Part shown: positions 30,663 to 41,008 of the stretch, piece by piece
Position numbering within the stretch: position 1 is the first letter of the stretch
Layout: every line of letters starts with the position of its first letter
Origin: a bacterium
GTDB lineage: Bacteria; SAR324; NAC60-12
DNA length: 64,000 nucleotides
Assembly (NCBI GenBank): GCA_965205865.1
Contig: CBDBHR010000029.1
Coordinates: forward strand, 256,001-320,000
Direction: 5' to 3'
Made by a program: the position numbers and the translations under genes
The notes under the pieces: model-generated
The model's input: the letters and a program-made list of their open reading frames with translations, nothing else
Database searches by the model: none
Told to the model about the DNA's origin: nothing

Positions 30663-31920
30663 CCGCGTCATCCGTCTGTTCGACGGCGAGATGAGCACCC
30701 CGGCTGCTGCGGAAAGCGATTTCACGACCCGGGGCGGGATGGGACGGTATCAACAGGCTCAGCCCCAGTGACACGACGGCCATGGCGGCTCCGATGAGGA
30801 AGACCGCGGTACGTCCCGTCTCGTCCGCCACCCAGATAAGACCCAATATCCACGGCATGGTGACCGCCGCGATGTGGTTGATGGTGAAGGACACCCCCGC
30901 CGTCGAGGCGATGTCCGCCGGATCAGCAATCTTACGGAAGTAGCTCTTGATCGCGATAGCGAGGGCGAAGAAGAGGTGATCGAGGATGTACAGCATGGCA
31001 GCGATCCACGCCGTCTCGACGAAAGCGTAGGCCATGAAGATGCCGATCAGACCGGTGTACTCCAGGATCAACGCAGGTCGCTCACCCCACCTGATGATGA
31101 GCCGGCCCACGCGCGGCGCGAGCCAGATCGCGATAACATGATTGAGCGCGAAGAGCGCTACCACCATCTCCGGACGGTATCCAAACTCGGCGACTATCAG
31201 GAAGGCCGCGAATCCGACGAAGATCTGGCGCCTGCCGCCGGACATGAACTCGAGCGCGTAATAGAGCCCGTAGCGACGGCGCAGGACCACGCTCATCGCC
31301 TGGAAGCTGTCGGCTTTGAATCGCGGAAAGAAAGTCCAACAGAAAAAGCCGAGCCCCATGCTCAGACTCCCCGCGATCAGGTAGACAACCCAATAGGGCG
31401 ACGCCAGGAACTCGAAAGCGGCATAGACGAGACCATAAGCAAGAAGCGAGGCCACCGACGCCGCAGCCGCCATGCGGCCAAGCACCAGCGGCAGCTCCTG
31501 CTTCGTCGACCATTGCATGGAGAGTGACTGCTCCATGGTGGCGAGGAAGTGGAAGCCGATCGACATCAGGAGCGTCGTGAAATAGATACCCCAAACCACA
31601 GGTAGGAGGCCGGTCAGGGCCACGCCGAGCCCCATCAGCGTTAGCGCGAGGATGGTGAAGGTCTGCTGGCGCCAGATCAGCAGCAGGTAGACCACGGTGA
31701 AGGCGAGGAATCCCGGGATCTCGCGCACTGATTCCAAGATCCCTCGTTCCAGACCGGTGAACGCGACTTTCTCCACGGCAAAATTGTTGATGATCACCAT
31801 CCACGGTTCGAAAGCGATGGGGATCGCGGCGGCAAGGATGAGGAGCAGAATTTGTGGACTGCGCCAGCCGTCTTTCAGGACCCCGTGCCAATCAGCATGG
31901 AGTGGGTTCCATCCCACCAT
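30643..31920 (-). CDS. MFS transporter
   Basis: About 12 hydrophobic segments; SVREIPGFLAF, GGRRQIF and FTINHIAAV motifs. Confidence 0.85.
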   Translation of the reverse strand: MVGWNPLHADWHGVLKDGWRSPQILLLILAAAIPIAFEPWMVIINNFAVEKVAFTGLERGILESVREIPGFLAFTVVYLLLIWRQQTFTILALTLMGLGVALTGLLPVVWGIYFTTLLMSIGFHFLATMEQSLSMQWSTKQELPLVLGRMAAAASVASLLAYGLVYAAFEFLASPYWVVYLIAGSLSMGLGFFCWTFFPRFKADSFQAMSVVLRRRYGLYYALEFMSGGRRQIFVGFAAFLIVAEFGYRPEMVVALFALNHVIAIWLAPRVGRLIIRWGERPALILEYTGLIGIFMAYAFVETAWIAAMLYILDHLFFALAIAIKSYFRKIADPADIASTAGVSFTINHIAAVTMPWILGLIWVADETGRTAVFLIGAAMAVVSLGLSLLIPSHPAPGREIAFRSSRGAHLAVEQTDDAVSDVAR

Positions 31921-32109
31921 TGTTCTCTATTTCAGTCGGTTTGTTGCATCAACGCGCCAGGCAAAGGCGCCTGGATGTTTGCAGTTTAAAGGCATGCAAG
32001 CGAATACGTATGCGGGCATATCCTGAAGATACGTCGAGCACGTTTTTCGAGCAAAACTTTGTCAAGAAGGTATCGTACTCTCGTTTCAAGAACTGGATGC
32101 GATTTCTTA

Positions 32110-32304
32110 TCAGTTTTGTGGTTGCCATGTATTAATTATAATATATTCACTAAAAATTGCAAAATATAAGTGAACATATTGGAAAATTTGGTTCAATTTG
32201 ACTAAACAATCGCGTTTAACTGTGTTTGAGCCTTTCAAGTTCATCGGCGCAGACGTCGGGAAAACATCGCATACCTCACCGATGCGCTTCATTTCCCAAC
32301 TCAT
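32110..32304 (-). pseudogene. Type I RM specificity subunit, 5' remnant
   Basis: MSWEMKRIGEVCD is a typical HsdS start and lies downstream of an hsdM remnant; similarity is lost after about 20 codons. Confidence 0.45.
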
Positions 32305-32374
32305 TCCTACAGCCCCTTAAATCAGCCTGCAAGTTCATTTTGTTCATTTCCTGATTCGAGCAGCAACTCACTGA

Positions 32375-32578
32375 CTATTTCTCCTGTTCTTCCCCGTACA
32401 TCTTGGGATCCGGATCAATCTCGATGACCTCGCCATCTCGTAGAACCACCACCCCGGTTTTGTGCTGATGCGCAACTTTATGAGCACGCTTGACGGCACG
32501 GTGTAACGCGTTAAGGATGTCCTGCGTTTCCTTGTCGCCATGTTGCGAGGTGGGGATATCTCGATTTCGTTCAGTCAC
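32375..32578 (-). CDS. Small protein coupled to the zeta-toxin-like gene (putative antitoxin partner)
   Basis: GTGA start/stop overlap with the upstream kinase gene; ALHRAVKRA...VVVLRDGEVIEI is typical of such partners. Confidence 0.6.
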   Translation of the reverse strand: MTERNRDIPTSQHGDKETQDILNALHRAVKRAHKVAHQHKTGVVVLRDGEVIEIDPDPKMYGEEQEK

Positions 32579-33099
32579 GGGTTTTCTCCCTTTTCAATTA
32601 ATGTGGGAATACGGCCGCTAGTATCGAACCACTGCCAATAATCGACGATGTGACGGTACTTTTTCTGAAAATTCTTCAAACCGCTTGCAAAGCGGCGGCG
32701 AATGACATCCGGTGGGACATAGTGGCCGCCTTGCCTTACGCGCGATTCGACCCGCTTGATCGCTTCTTCCGGATTTGCCAGCGACAGAAATATCAGCTTG
32801 ACCGTGTAACCGTCACTGCGCCAGCGCGGGATCATTCTGGCATAGGTGAGACCGGACAAGGAAGTTTCAAAGGCAAAACTCCTTCGCTGCTGCACGTGTT
32901 TTTTAATTTCCTCCAACATCAACCGGGCAGCTCGAAAAAGAGCGGCTTCCGGCTGAAAGGGGGACAGGCCCGCTCCGATCAGGTCAGCGTTGACAAAGGA
33001 TGGACATTTTGCCTCGTGCGGTAAATGCTCCAGTGCGAAAGTTGTCTTTCCAGCGCCGTTGGGTCCGGCGATGATAATGATTTTCCGGTCGACGTCCAT
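32575..33099 (-). CDS. Zeta toxin family P-loop kinase
   Basis: IAGPNGAGKTT, FVNADLI, FAFETSLSG and RVRQGGH motifs; ATG 33099 after GAGGAG. Confidence 0.87.
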   Translation of the reverse strand: MDVDRKIIIIAGPNGAGKTTFALEHLPHEAKCPSFVNADLIGAGLSPFQPEAALFRAARLMLEEIKKHVQQRRSFAFETSLSGLTYARMIPRWRSDGYTVKLIFLSLANPEEAIKRVESRVRQGGHYVPPDVIRRRFASGLKNFQKKYRHIVDYWQWFDTSGRIPTLIEKGENP

Positions 33100-33103
33100 C
33101 TCC

Positions 33104-33373
33104 TCATGTCCCCAACGCCTCAAAGTTTTTCTCAATGGTCACCGCCAGCGTCGCCGCCTCTGCGTTCATTTCGTCCATTTCCTCGTGAATCACGCGCAGG
33201 GACTCCCTGAAATCGAAGTTCTCGTCCTCCACTTCGGGAGCGACGCCTACGTAGCAGCCCGGCGTCAAGCTCCAGTCATTGGTTGCCAATTCCGTTTTTT
33301 CGACCAGCTTCGCCAGCCCTTCGACAATGCGAAGTTCCGCATCGGGAAAGCGTTTTTGCAGCCAGCGCGCCTG
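33104..33373 (-). pseudogene. Type I RM methyltransferase, C-terminal remnant
   Basis: WLQKRFPDAELRIVEGLAKLV...NDWSLTPGCYVGVAPE...LRVIHEEM...IEKNFEALG is an HsdM C-terminus; the 5' part is missing. Confidence 0.75.
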
Positions 33374-33813
33374 TCACCAGATAAAACATTGCATTAAAAC
33401 CAGATGCGAGACTAGCTTAGACATTGTGAATAGTCAACGCGCCTCGAGTTGGGAATCGTCGATTTCAGGGAGCTGTGTCCGGGCTTCCAACTAAGGCGAG
33501 ATGTTAAATTGAGAGTGGAAGAATCCAAACGTTTTACTTGGATTGGACCTGCATAACCCCCTTTGGATAAAGTCGGTCCGGTTGAAGGCGGAAACAAAAA
33601 TGCGCTTGATTCCACTACCAGCATGCGGTAATTGTCTTTCGACCTGCTTACGTACCAGACACTCATGACGGTGAAGAAAAAAGTCGCGGTCATCTTTGCA
33701 ATTACGAAGGGCAGCCCGCGGGTACAATCGACACTGGCTGTTTGGTGGGGTTGACTGGACAGCCTGTTTAGAAATCAAATCAGGAAGAAATTTCCAATGA
33801 AAGGAAGGAGATT

Positions 33814-34209
33814 ATGGATCTAGGCGTATTTTCGATCAGTCTTGCAGTCAAGGATATTACCAAATCGCGGGATTTTTATGAAAAACTCGACTTCAAGGTC
33901 ATCGGCGGAGATTTAGCAGAGAATTGGCTTATCCTACAGAACGGCACGAGCACGATTGGGCTCTTTCAGGGGATGTTCGATACGAACACGTTAACCTTCA
34001 ATCCTGGTTGGTGCGCCTCGGGCAACCACCCGTCGGAATTCGACGACGTGCGTGACATCCAAGGCATGCTCAAGGAGCGCGGAATTGAGATCGTGCAAGA
34101 GGCTGATGAAACGGGGACTGGCGTGGCGCACTTGTTCTTCATGGACCCCGACGGAAACCCTATCCTGATCGATCAACACGTCCCGCGACCGGGTGATTCC
34201 GAAGAATAA
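33814..34209 (+). CDS. VOC/glyoxalase family protein
   Basis: FSISLAVKDI..SRDFYEKL, IGLFQGMF and DPDGNPILIDQH motifs; AGGAG RBS. Confidence 0.9.
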   Translation: MDLGVFSISLAVKDITKSRDFYEKLDFKVIGGDLAENWLILQNGTSTIGLFQGMFDTNTLTFNPGWCASGNHPSEFDDVRDIQGMLKERGIEIVQEADETGTGVAHLFFMDPDGNPILIDQHVPRPGDSEE

Positions 34210-34227
34210 ACAGGAATGCAAGCTGGG

Positions 34228-34350
34228 GCGACTCGATCGAGACGGATTACCCTGACCGATGTCGAGCGTAGAAAGTTCGGGGACTTAACCGGGTTCTTCC
34301 CACTTGAGAGTCTCTTCCAGCTTTTTGACGCCCTCGGTCTCCTCTGCAGT
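34228..34350 (-). pseudogene. Possible DUF1801-like fragment
   Basis: AEETEGVKKLEETLKWEEP* resembles the ETLKWGEP motif; disrupted and short. Confidence 0.35.
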
Positions 34351-34521
34351 GCGCACTTGGTTCTGCTCGCCTTGCGGTGAGTTTCCGTTGTGCGCTCGAC
34401 TTCCAACGCGTTGGATTCGTCGACATTCACGGCGCCGGCTACTCCGCCAGGTTTCCGTTCAGAAGACGAACAATGCTCATGGGGTTGAAAGGACACTGCA
34501 CTTAGGGCTGTCGTTGAATGT

Positions 34522-35706
34522 TTATGCGGTTTGGGACGCAGTGTCAAAAGAAAGTGTAGCAAGAGCCCCCGCTACTAAGCGTGCCGCGTGCTCGATATCC
34601 TCGTAGGAGGTGAAGCGGCCAAAGCTGAAGCGAATGGAAGAATCGCTCTGAGTTGAGCTCAATCCGAGTGCGCGAAGTACATGCGATGGTTCGGGAATAC
34701 CAGACGCGCAAGCAGCGCCTGTGGATGCGGCAAGTCGTGGCTGAAGGACACCGAGGATGTCCTGCGCATGGAAGCCGTCAAAGCGGATGTTGGCGTTACC
34801 CGGATGACGTCGTGGGCCAATTGTTCCGTTGACGGTGATCGGAGAATTTCCGGCTTGTAGCAAGTGAACAAACGAATCACGCTGCTGAGCGACCCGTGTG
34901 CGTTCCTCGATCGATTTTTCGTCAGCCATGATCCCGGCTGCCGTCGCCATACCCACGCAAAGCGGCATCGGGACGGTGCCGGAACGCAGACCCTCTTGCT
35001 GCCCACCACCATAAATCAATGGCTCGACCGACTCTTTGAGATCACGGCGAACGTACAACGCGCCGATGCCTTGTGGCCCATACATTTTGTGCGCTGAAAG
35101 GCTGATCAAGTCTGTATGCGTGGCAAGATCACCAACTTCCATTCCACAGGGAGCTTGCGCCGCATCACAATGAAACAGGATACCATAGGGCGTGAGCAGT
35201 TTGGCAATCCTTGGGATGTCCTGAATTGTCCCGACTTCGTTGTTCACCGCCATTAGTGAAAGAAGGAGAACATCTCTATCTACGCGTTCTTCCAACACAT
35301 CAAAGTCAACAAATCCTTCGCTGTCGACTGCAATAGTCTCGACGGTGATTCCTTCACGTTCGGACAGCGCCCGCGCTGCCCCTAAGACGCACTTGTGCTC
35401 GATTGCGCTGACCAAAATCCGGCGACGGCCGCCCGGTGCTCGTCGTGCAAGACCGAGTAATGCGAGATTGTTGGCTTCTGTGGCTCCGGAGGTGAAGACC
35501 ACCTCATCGGCATCGGCTCCTATCAAGGCCGCTACGGATGCCGCCGCTTCGCGAACGGCTTCCTCAGCTCGCCACCCGATGACGTGATCGCTCGAGTGAG
35601 GATTGCCGAATGAATTCTCCCAACAGGGAGTCATCTTTTTCAAGACCCGCGGATCAACCGGCGTGGTCGCCTGATAATCCGCGTAAATGGTCTTTCGGTT
35701 GTCCAT
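34522..35706 (-). CDS. sspA: Cysteine desulfurase (IscS/DndA-type), SspA by context
   Basis: YADYQATTP, FGNPHS, FTSGATEANN, SAHKMYGP (PLP Lys) and STGAACASG (catalytic Cys); divergent from DUF4007-ATPase-PAPS reductase genes. Confidence 0.9.
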   Translation of the reverse strand: MDNRKTIYADYQATTPVDPRVLKKMTPCWENSFGNPHSSDHVIGWRAEEAVREAAASVAALIGADADEVVFTSGATEANNLALLGLARRAPGGRRRILVSAIEHKCVLGAARALSEREGITVETIAVDSEGFVDFDVLEERVDRDVLLLSLMAVNNEVGTIQDIPRIAKLLTPYGILFHCDAAQAPCGMEVGDLATHTDLISLSAHKMYGPQGIGALYVRRDLKESVEPLIYGGGQQEGLRSGTVPMPLCVGMATAAGIMADEKSIEERTRVAQQRDSFVHLLQAGNSPITVNGTIGPRRHPGNANIRFDGFHAQDILGVLQPRLAASTGAACASGIPEPSHVLRALGLSSTQSDSSIRFSFGRFTSYEDIEHAARLVAGALATLSFDTASQTA

Positions 35707-35739
35707 GCGTTGCTCCTGGGAATTGCCGTAAGTTTGTCA

Positions 35740-35771
35740 TTGACACTACGAAAATATATCCGTATTGTCAA
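35740..35771. promoter_or_regulatory. Overlapping divergent sigma70 promoters for sspA and sspBCD
   Basis: Plus strand: TTGACA(35740-45)-17 nt-TATTGT. Minus strand: TTGACA(35771-66)-17 nt-TAGTGT. Confidence 0.7.
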
Positions 35772-35799
35772 ATTGGACGTTTTAACTGATGGAGAGACA

Positions 35800-36735
35800 A
35801 TGCTGCGAGGTCCCCTCTACAAAGACAACTACCAACCACAGCTGTCGGGGCACGAGACGTTTCCGCTCAGATACGGATGGCTCAAGAAAGCCTTCGACGC
35901 CGTTCGAGAAACCGAAAGCGACCAGAACAACAAATCGGTTTTCTCGGCAGACGATGCCATCGCACGGTTCGGCGTCGGTAAGAACATGGTGGCCTCTATC
36001 CGGCATTGGGCGATTGCGACAGGCGTCATCAAGGATGCGTCGGGTGGAACGGTCACCACGTCAATTGGCCGATGCTTATTTGCTGAAGGTGGTCTCGACC
36101 CTTACATGGAGCACCCGGACACTGCATGGCTCATTCACTGGCAACTCTGCGGCCAACCGCACAAGACCACGTGGTTTTGGGCATTCAATTATTTTCCAGC
36201 ACCATCATTCGATCGCGAGATGCTTGCCAGGAGCTTGCAAAAACTTGCGAAAGATCGTGGATGGCCACGCACGTCTACCGCTACGATTAAAAAGGACGTT
36301 GCATGTTTTGTGCGCACCTATGTATCGTCTTTACCATCAGCAAAGACGAGTTACGAAGATACTTTGGAGTCCCCACTCACGGAACTCGGTTTGATCAAAC
36401 CTATCGGGAAGCGAGACGGATTCCGCTTCATTCGAGGGCGTAAGCCTTCACTCGGGCCTGGCGTGTTTTGCCACGCAGTCACCCATTTCTGGTCACGTTA
36501 TTCGAAAGCGCGAACCCTCTCCTTCGAGGCGCTTGCCCATGAGCCCGGATCTCCGGGAAGGGTTTTTCTGCTGGACGAGAACGACTTGATGGATCGTCTT
36601 TCTACGCTCGAAAGCGTTAGTAACGCCCTTTACAGGTGGTCGGAAACGAGTGGGCTGAAGCAACTTATACGAAACCGCGATTTGGATGATAAAGACACAA
36701 TCCGCTTGATTGAGGGGGACTATGTTGGAGCATGA
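35800..36735 (+). CDS. sspB: DUF4007 family protein (SspB, nicking endonuclease of Ssp PT systems)
   Basis: SGHETFPLRYGWLKK, FGVGKNMVASIRHW, DPYME..TAWLIHW, SPLTELGL and SPGRVF motifs; ATG 35800 after GGAGAG. Confidence 0.88.
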   Translation: MLRGPLYKDNYQPQLSGHETFPLRYGWLKKAFDAVRETESDQNNKSVFSADDAIARFGVGKNMVASIRHWAIATGVIKDASGGTVTTSIGRCLFAEGGLDPYMEHPDTAWLIHWQLCGQPHKTTWFWAFNYFPAPSFDREMLARSLQKLAKDRGWPRTSTATIKKDVACFVRTYVSSLPSAKTSYEDTLESPLTELGLIKPIGKRDGFRFIRGRKPSLGPGVFCHAVTHFWSRYSKARTLSFEALAHEPGSPGRVFLLDENDLMDRLSTLESVSNALYRWSETSGLKQLIRNRDLDDKDTIRLIEGDYVGA

Positions 36736-36753
36736 CGGAAAGGACAAAACCTG

Positions 36754-39700
36754 ATGGCGCTCGCCGACCGAATCCGGATCACCCGGCGTTTTCAACGCGC
36801 GGTCCGCATAGATAGTGATCTTGGTAATCCTGCGACTTTGGATGGATTTATCTGTCCTCGATCCTCCGCCGAGGTTCTCGAGACAATGGCGCGGCATGTA
36901 GCTGAGAACGGCCAGGGCGCATTCACATGGACGGGTCCCTACGGCAGCGGAAAATCAAGTTTAGCCATTGCCCTGTGCGCCCTGCTCAATGGAGACAAGA
37001 AGCTCGCGCGCAATGCGGAATCGGTTCTGGGGCGGGAAACGGCATCGATCATATGGGAGGCATTACCGCCCAGGACGAGAGGCTGGCATTTTCTGCCTGT
37101 GGTTGGCCGGCGGGATCGTCCCGCGCAAGTTATGGGTGAAGCCATTATCGATTACGATTTCCTGACAGGTCGGCGACCCAAGTCCTGGACCGACAAGCGC
37201 GTTCTCGACACCATTGACGAGATTGAGGCGCGCAATCCACATAGCAGCGGTGGTTTGCTGATGTTCATCGATGAGATGGGTAAATTCCTGGAAGCCACGG
37301 CGAACGACGGATCGGATATATACTTCTTTCAAGAACTCGCGGAGCGGGCTTCGCGTAGTGACAAGCGACTCATTTTAGTTGGTATCCTCCATCAAGCTTT
37401 CGAGGAGTACGCCCATCGTTTGTCACGTGAAATGCGAGACGAATGGTCGAAGATCCAGGGTCGTTTCGTGGACCTTGCCGTCAACACTGGCGGAGATGAG
37501 CAAATCGACGTGATCGGACGTGCAATCGAAAGCGATCACGGTCTGGAAATACCGGGTCCGTTGGCCGAAAACGTGGCTCGACAAACGCAACGAAAGACCT
37601 CTCCTCACTTTGCAGACATGTTGGAAGATTGCTGGCCGCTTCACCCGATCGTCGCCTGTCTGCTGGGTCCTGTTTCACGACGCCGGTTCGGTCAGAACCA
37701 ACGGAGTATTTTCGGATTCCTCAACTCGGCCGAGCCGCAGGGGTTCCAGGATTTTCTCAGACACGCCAGTGACGATGACATTTATGCTCCCGATCGCCTG
37801 TGGGATTACCTGCGGATCAACCTGGAACCGTCTATCCTGGCCTCCCCTGACGGGCACCGCTGGGCGTTGGCTATGGAAGTTCTGCAGCGATGCGAAGCTA
37901 TGGGTGGGGAGGATATACATCTCCGGCTGCTCAAGGTAATTGCAGTGGTCGATATGTTCAAGGACCGCTCCGGCCTTGGAGCGAGTCACGATCTGTTGAA
38001 ACTCGCCTTTCCAGGCTATGATTTTGAAGATATCGGGCGTGCTTTGGATGATTTGCAACGTCGGTCGTTCATTATCTATCGGAAGTTTGTCGATGCATAC
38101 TCGATCTTCGAAGGCAGTGACTTCAATATCGACCACGCGGTAGAACAGGCAATGGGGAGCAAGGATGAGTTGGACTTCACCGCGCTCAACGCGCTGTCCG
38201 GCTTCCAGCCCATCTTGGCGAAGCGACATTATCATGAAACAGGCGCGATGCGCTGGTTCGACGTCGTTGTTGTTCCCCTGGCGGAGATCGAAAATGTAGC
38301 AGCCGACTATGCACCGCTCCATGGTGCTATTGGGAGTTTCTTTCTCACGATTCCCACACAGGGTGAATCGGAAGAGGTGGCGGTGGAAATATGCAGTCGG
38401 GTTGCGCAGATGAGTAGTAATTGGGATATTGTAATTGGCCTGTCGCAGCGAGTCTGGGGAATTCAGGATCTGGTACGTGAACTGTTGGCGCTGGGCAGGT
38501 GCGCGATGAAACTCCGGAGCTACAAGGTGATAGAATTGCCCGCATTGAGGTCCATGCGCGCATCGGTGTGATACAAGAGCAATTGGAGGGTGAGTTCAGT
38601 CGAGCCTTCAACAGCGCGTTCTGGTATCACAAACGATTTAAATCCAAGTTACTTCCGCATGCGGAACTCAATCGTCTGGCCTCCGACATCGCCGATGCTC
38701 GGTTTGGGAGCGCGCCACGGCTCCACAATGAGCTTCTGGGACACGTAAAGCCTTCAAGCAATGCAGTCGCCGCGCGAAATGCTCTCCTGCGACTGATGGT
38801 GCTCAATGAAGGGGAGACACGTCTCGGCATCAAGGGATTTCCTGCCGAAGGCGGTCTCTTCGCATCGTTGTTGCAGGCAACCGGGTTGTACCGCGAAACA
38901 GAGGAGGGATGGCGTTTCATGGCTCCCGAACCAGGGGCGAATGATCCCCGCGACCTGGAACCTACCTGGCAGGCGGCCATGGATTTGCTGAAAGTCAACT
39001 CGCACCGAGCTGTTCCGGTCGCTGAGATTTACGATGTCTGGCGCCAAGCACCGTTCGGGATAAAGGACGGTCTGCTTCCGGTATTGGCAGTGGCGTTTCT
39101 GCTATCGCAGCGTACGAAACTGGCCTTCTACCGTCAGGGGATTTTTCAGGCAAGCGTGTCTGATCTGGATATGGACTATCTCGCCAGGGATCCGGCCGAC
39201 ATTCAGCTTCGATGGATGAACCTCACTGAGACCTCGCGCCAACTCTTGTCCGAAATGGCCGATATCGTGCGTGAATTGCAAGAAGACAATACATTGGCTC
39301 ACATGGAGCCGATAGACGTTGCTAAAGGTTTAGTGGCGATTTATGACCAGCTGCCAGCTTGGGTCAGACGAACGCAGTGCCTTTCAGGCAATTCCAAGCG
39401 TATTCGTCAACTGTTCAAGCAAGCCAACGATCCGAACAGGTTGATCTTCGACGATATCCCGGAAGTGATAAAAGACTGTCCGGTTGCTGGTGAATCAGTA
39501 GCCATACAGCAGGTTGCGAACTACGTTCGCGAGGGTTTGACGGAGCTACAACAGGCCTATCCCACGATGCTCAACCGTATGAGAGATTCACTGCTCACCG
39601 AACTACAGGTACCGAATACCTCACCATCGATAATGGCCGAGTTGCGCGCTCGCGCCAGCAACGTCCGCGATCTTGGTGGAGATTATCGTCTGGAGGCGTT

Positions 39701-40145
39701 TATCATGCGTCTCTCGCAATTTGAAGGACAAGCAAAAGAAATAGAGGATTTGGCCAGCATGTCTGTCAACAAACCACCACGGGACTGGATCGATCCGGAT
39801 ATCGATCGCGCGATGGTGGAACTTGCCGAACTTGCCCAAAAGTTTCTACGCGCCGAGGCATTCGCCCACGTCAAGGGACGCAAAGACAAGAGACACGCCA
39901 TGGCAGTGGTGATAGGCATAGGTGGCCGGCCGACGCCGGCTCATGACGAGTTCGATATCACCGATCCGGAACGCGAGGAGGTGAATGCGCTGATTGACCA
40001 GATAGACACAGTTCTGAAACACAGCGGTGAAAAGCGGCGTAACGTAATCCTGGCTGCCCTGGCTGAGTTGAGTGCCCGCCATCTTCGTGACACGGACATA
40101 GTCAAACCTGAAAAGCTCGGTGGTAAGAAATGGAACGCATGGTGA
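36754..40145 (+). CDS. sspC: Large P-loop ATPase (SspC), split by a one-base frameshift at about 38494
   Basis: RRFQRAVRIDSD, GPYGSGKSS (Walker A), FIDEMGKFLE (Walker B), PLHP, FGQNQRSIF and PFGIKDG motifs. Restoring one base gives about 1130 aa. Confidence 0.85.
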
Positions 40146-40156
40146 GGAACGCAGGC

Positions 40157-40984
40157 ATGGAACGACATGTGTTGGGGCTCTCCGGTGGTCGCGACAGCGC
40201 GGCGTTAGCCGTTTACGTGCGCCAGATTCATCCCGAACTGGATATCGACTACTTCTTTACGGATACCGGCAAAGAGCTACCGGAGGTCTATGAATTTCTG
40301 GTCAAGCTCGAAGGGTTTCTGGGTAAACCCATCGTGCGGTTGAATCCCGACCGGAATTTTGACTATTGGCTGAAGCAGTACAACAACTTTCTGCCGTCGC
40401 CACAGGCACGTTGGTGTACAAGGCAGCTGAAATTGCGACCATTTGAGCAATGGATTCGGCCAATTCTCGATAGTGGCAAAACCGTTTACAGCTACGTCGC
40501 CATTCGCGCGGACGAAGAGTACCGTGAAGGTTACGCGTCCAAACACGACGCTCTCGTCGTGCAGCTCCCTTTCAAAGATGCCGGCATCGACAAAGCAGGT
40601 GTTCTGGAAATTCTGGAAGGCGCGGGATTGGGGTTGCCGAAATACTATGAGTGGCGCACTCGTAGTGGATGCACCTTTTGCTTCTTCCAGCAGAAAATCG
40701 AATGGGTGCGTCTCAAAGAAAAGCACCCGGACTATTTTGAAGAAGCCAAGGCTTATGAAAAAGACGCTGTGGAGCACGGATCGCCTTTCACATGGAGCCA
40801 AGGCGAGTCATTAGCGGAGTTGGAGCAGTCGGAGCGCATCGAGCAGATCAGACAAGATCATGAAAGACGACTCGCTCGCATGCGTTCGAAAGTAAAACCC
40901 AACCCGCTGAGACCAGATAGTGACCCTCTTGATATAGATGACCTGTATGGCCAAGCGAAGGTTTGCTTGGTGTGCCATAAATAG
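40157..40984 (+). CDS. sspD: PAPS reductase family protein (SspD)
   Basis: LSGGRDS PP-loop, DTGKELPE, RWCT, RSGCTFCFFQ and C-terminal CLVCHK. Confidence 0.9.
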   Translation: MERHVLGLSGGRDSAALAVYVRQIHPELDIDYFFTDTGKELPEVYEFLVKLEGFLGKPIVRLNPDRNFDYWLKQYNNFLPSPQARWCTRQLKLRPFEQWIRPILDSGKTVYSYVAIRADEEYREGYASKHDALVVQLPFKDAGIDKAGVLEILEGAGLGLPKYYEWRTRSGCTFCFFQQKIEWVRLKEKHPDYFEEAKAYEKDAVEHGSPFTWSQGESLAELEQSERIEQIRQDHERRLARMRSKVKPNPLRPDSDPLDIDDLYGQAKVCLVCHK

Positions 40985-41008
40985 AAACAGGAAAATCAAG
41001 ACAGTTCA

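Noticed and set aside
33374-33800. Possible group II intron or ncRNA truncating hsdM
   Set aside because: No domain V or GUGCG-type boundary recognised, no RT ORF, and translations were uninformative.
34522-35706. Housekeeping iscS
   Set aside because: No isc/suf neighbours; it shares a divergent promoter with the ssp genes.
34522-40984. BREX type 4 or Dnd assignment
   Set aside because: No PglZ, BrxL or DndD/DndE genes; DUF4007 and PAPS reductase are separate genes in sspB-C-D order.
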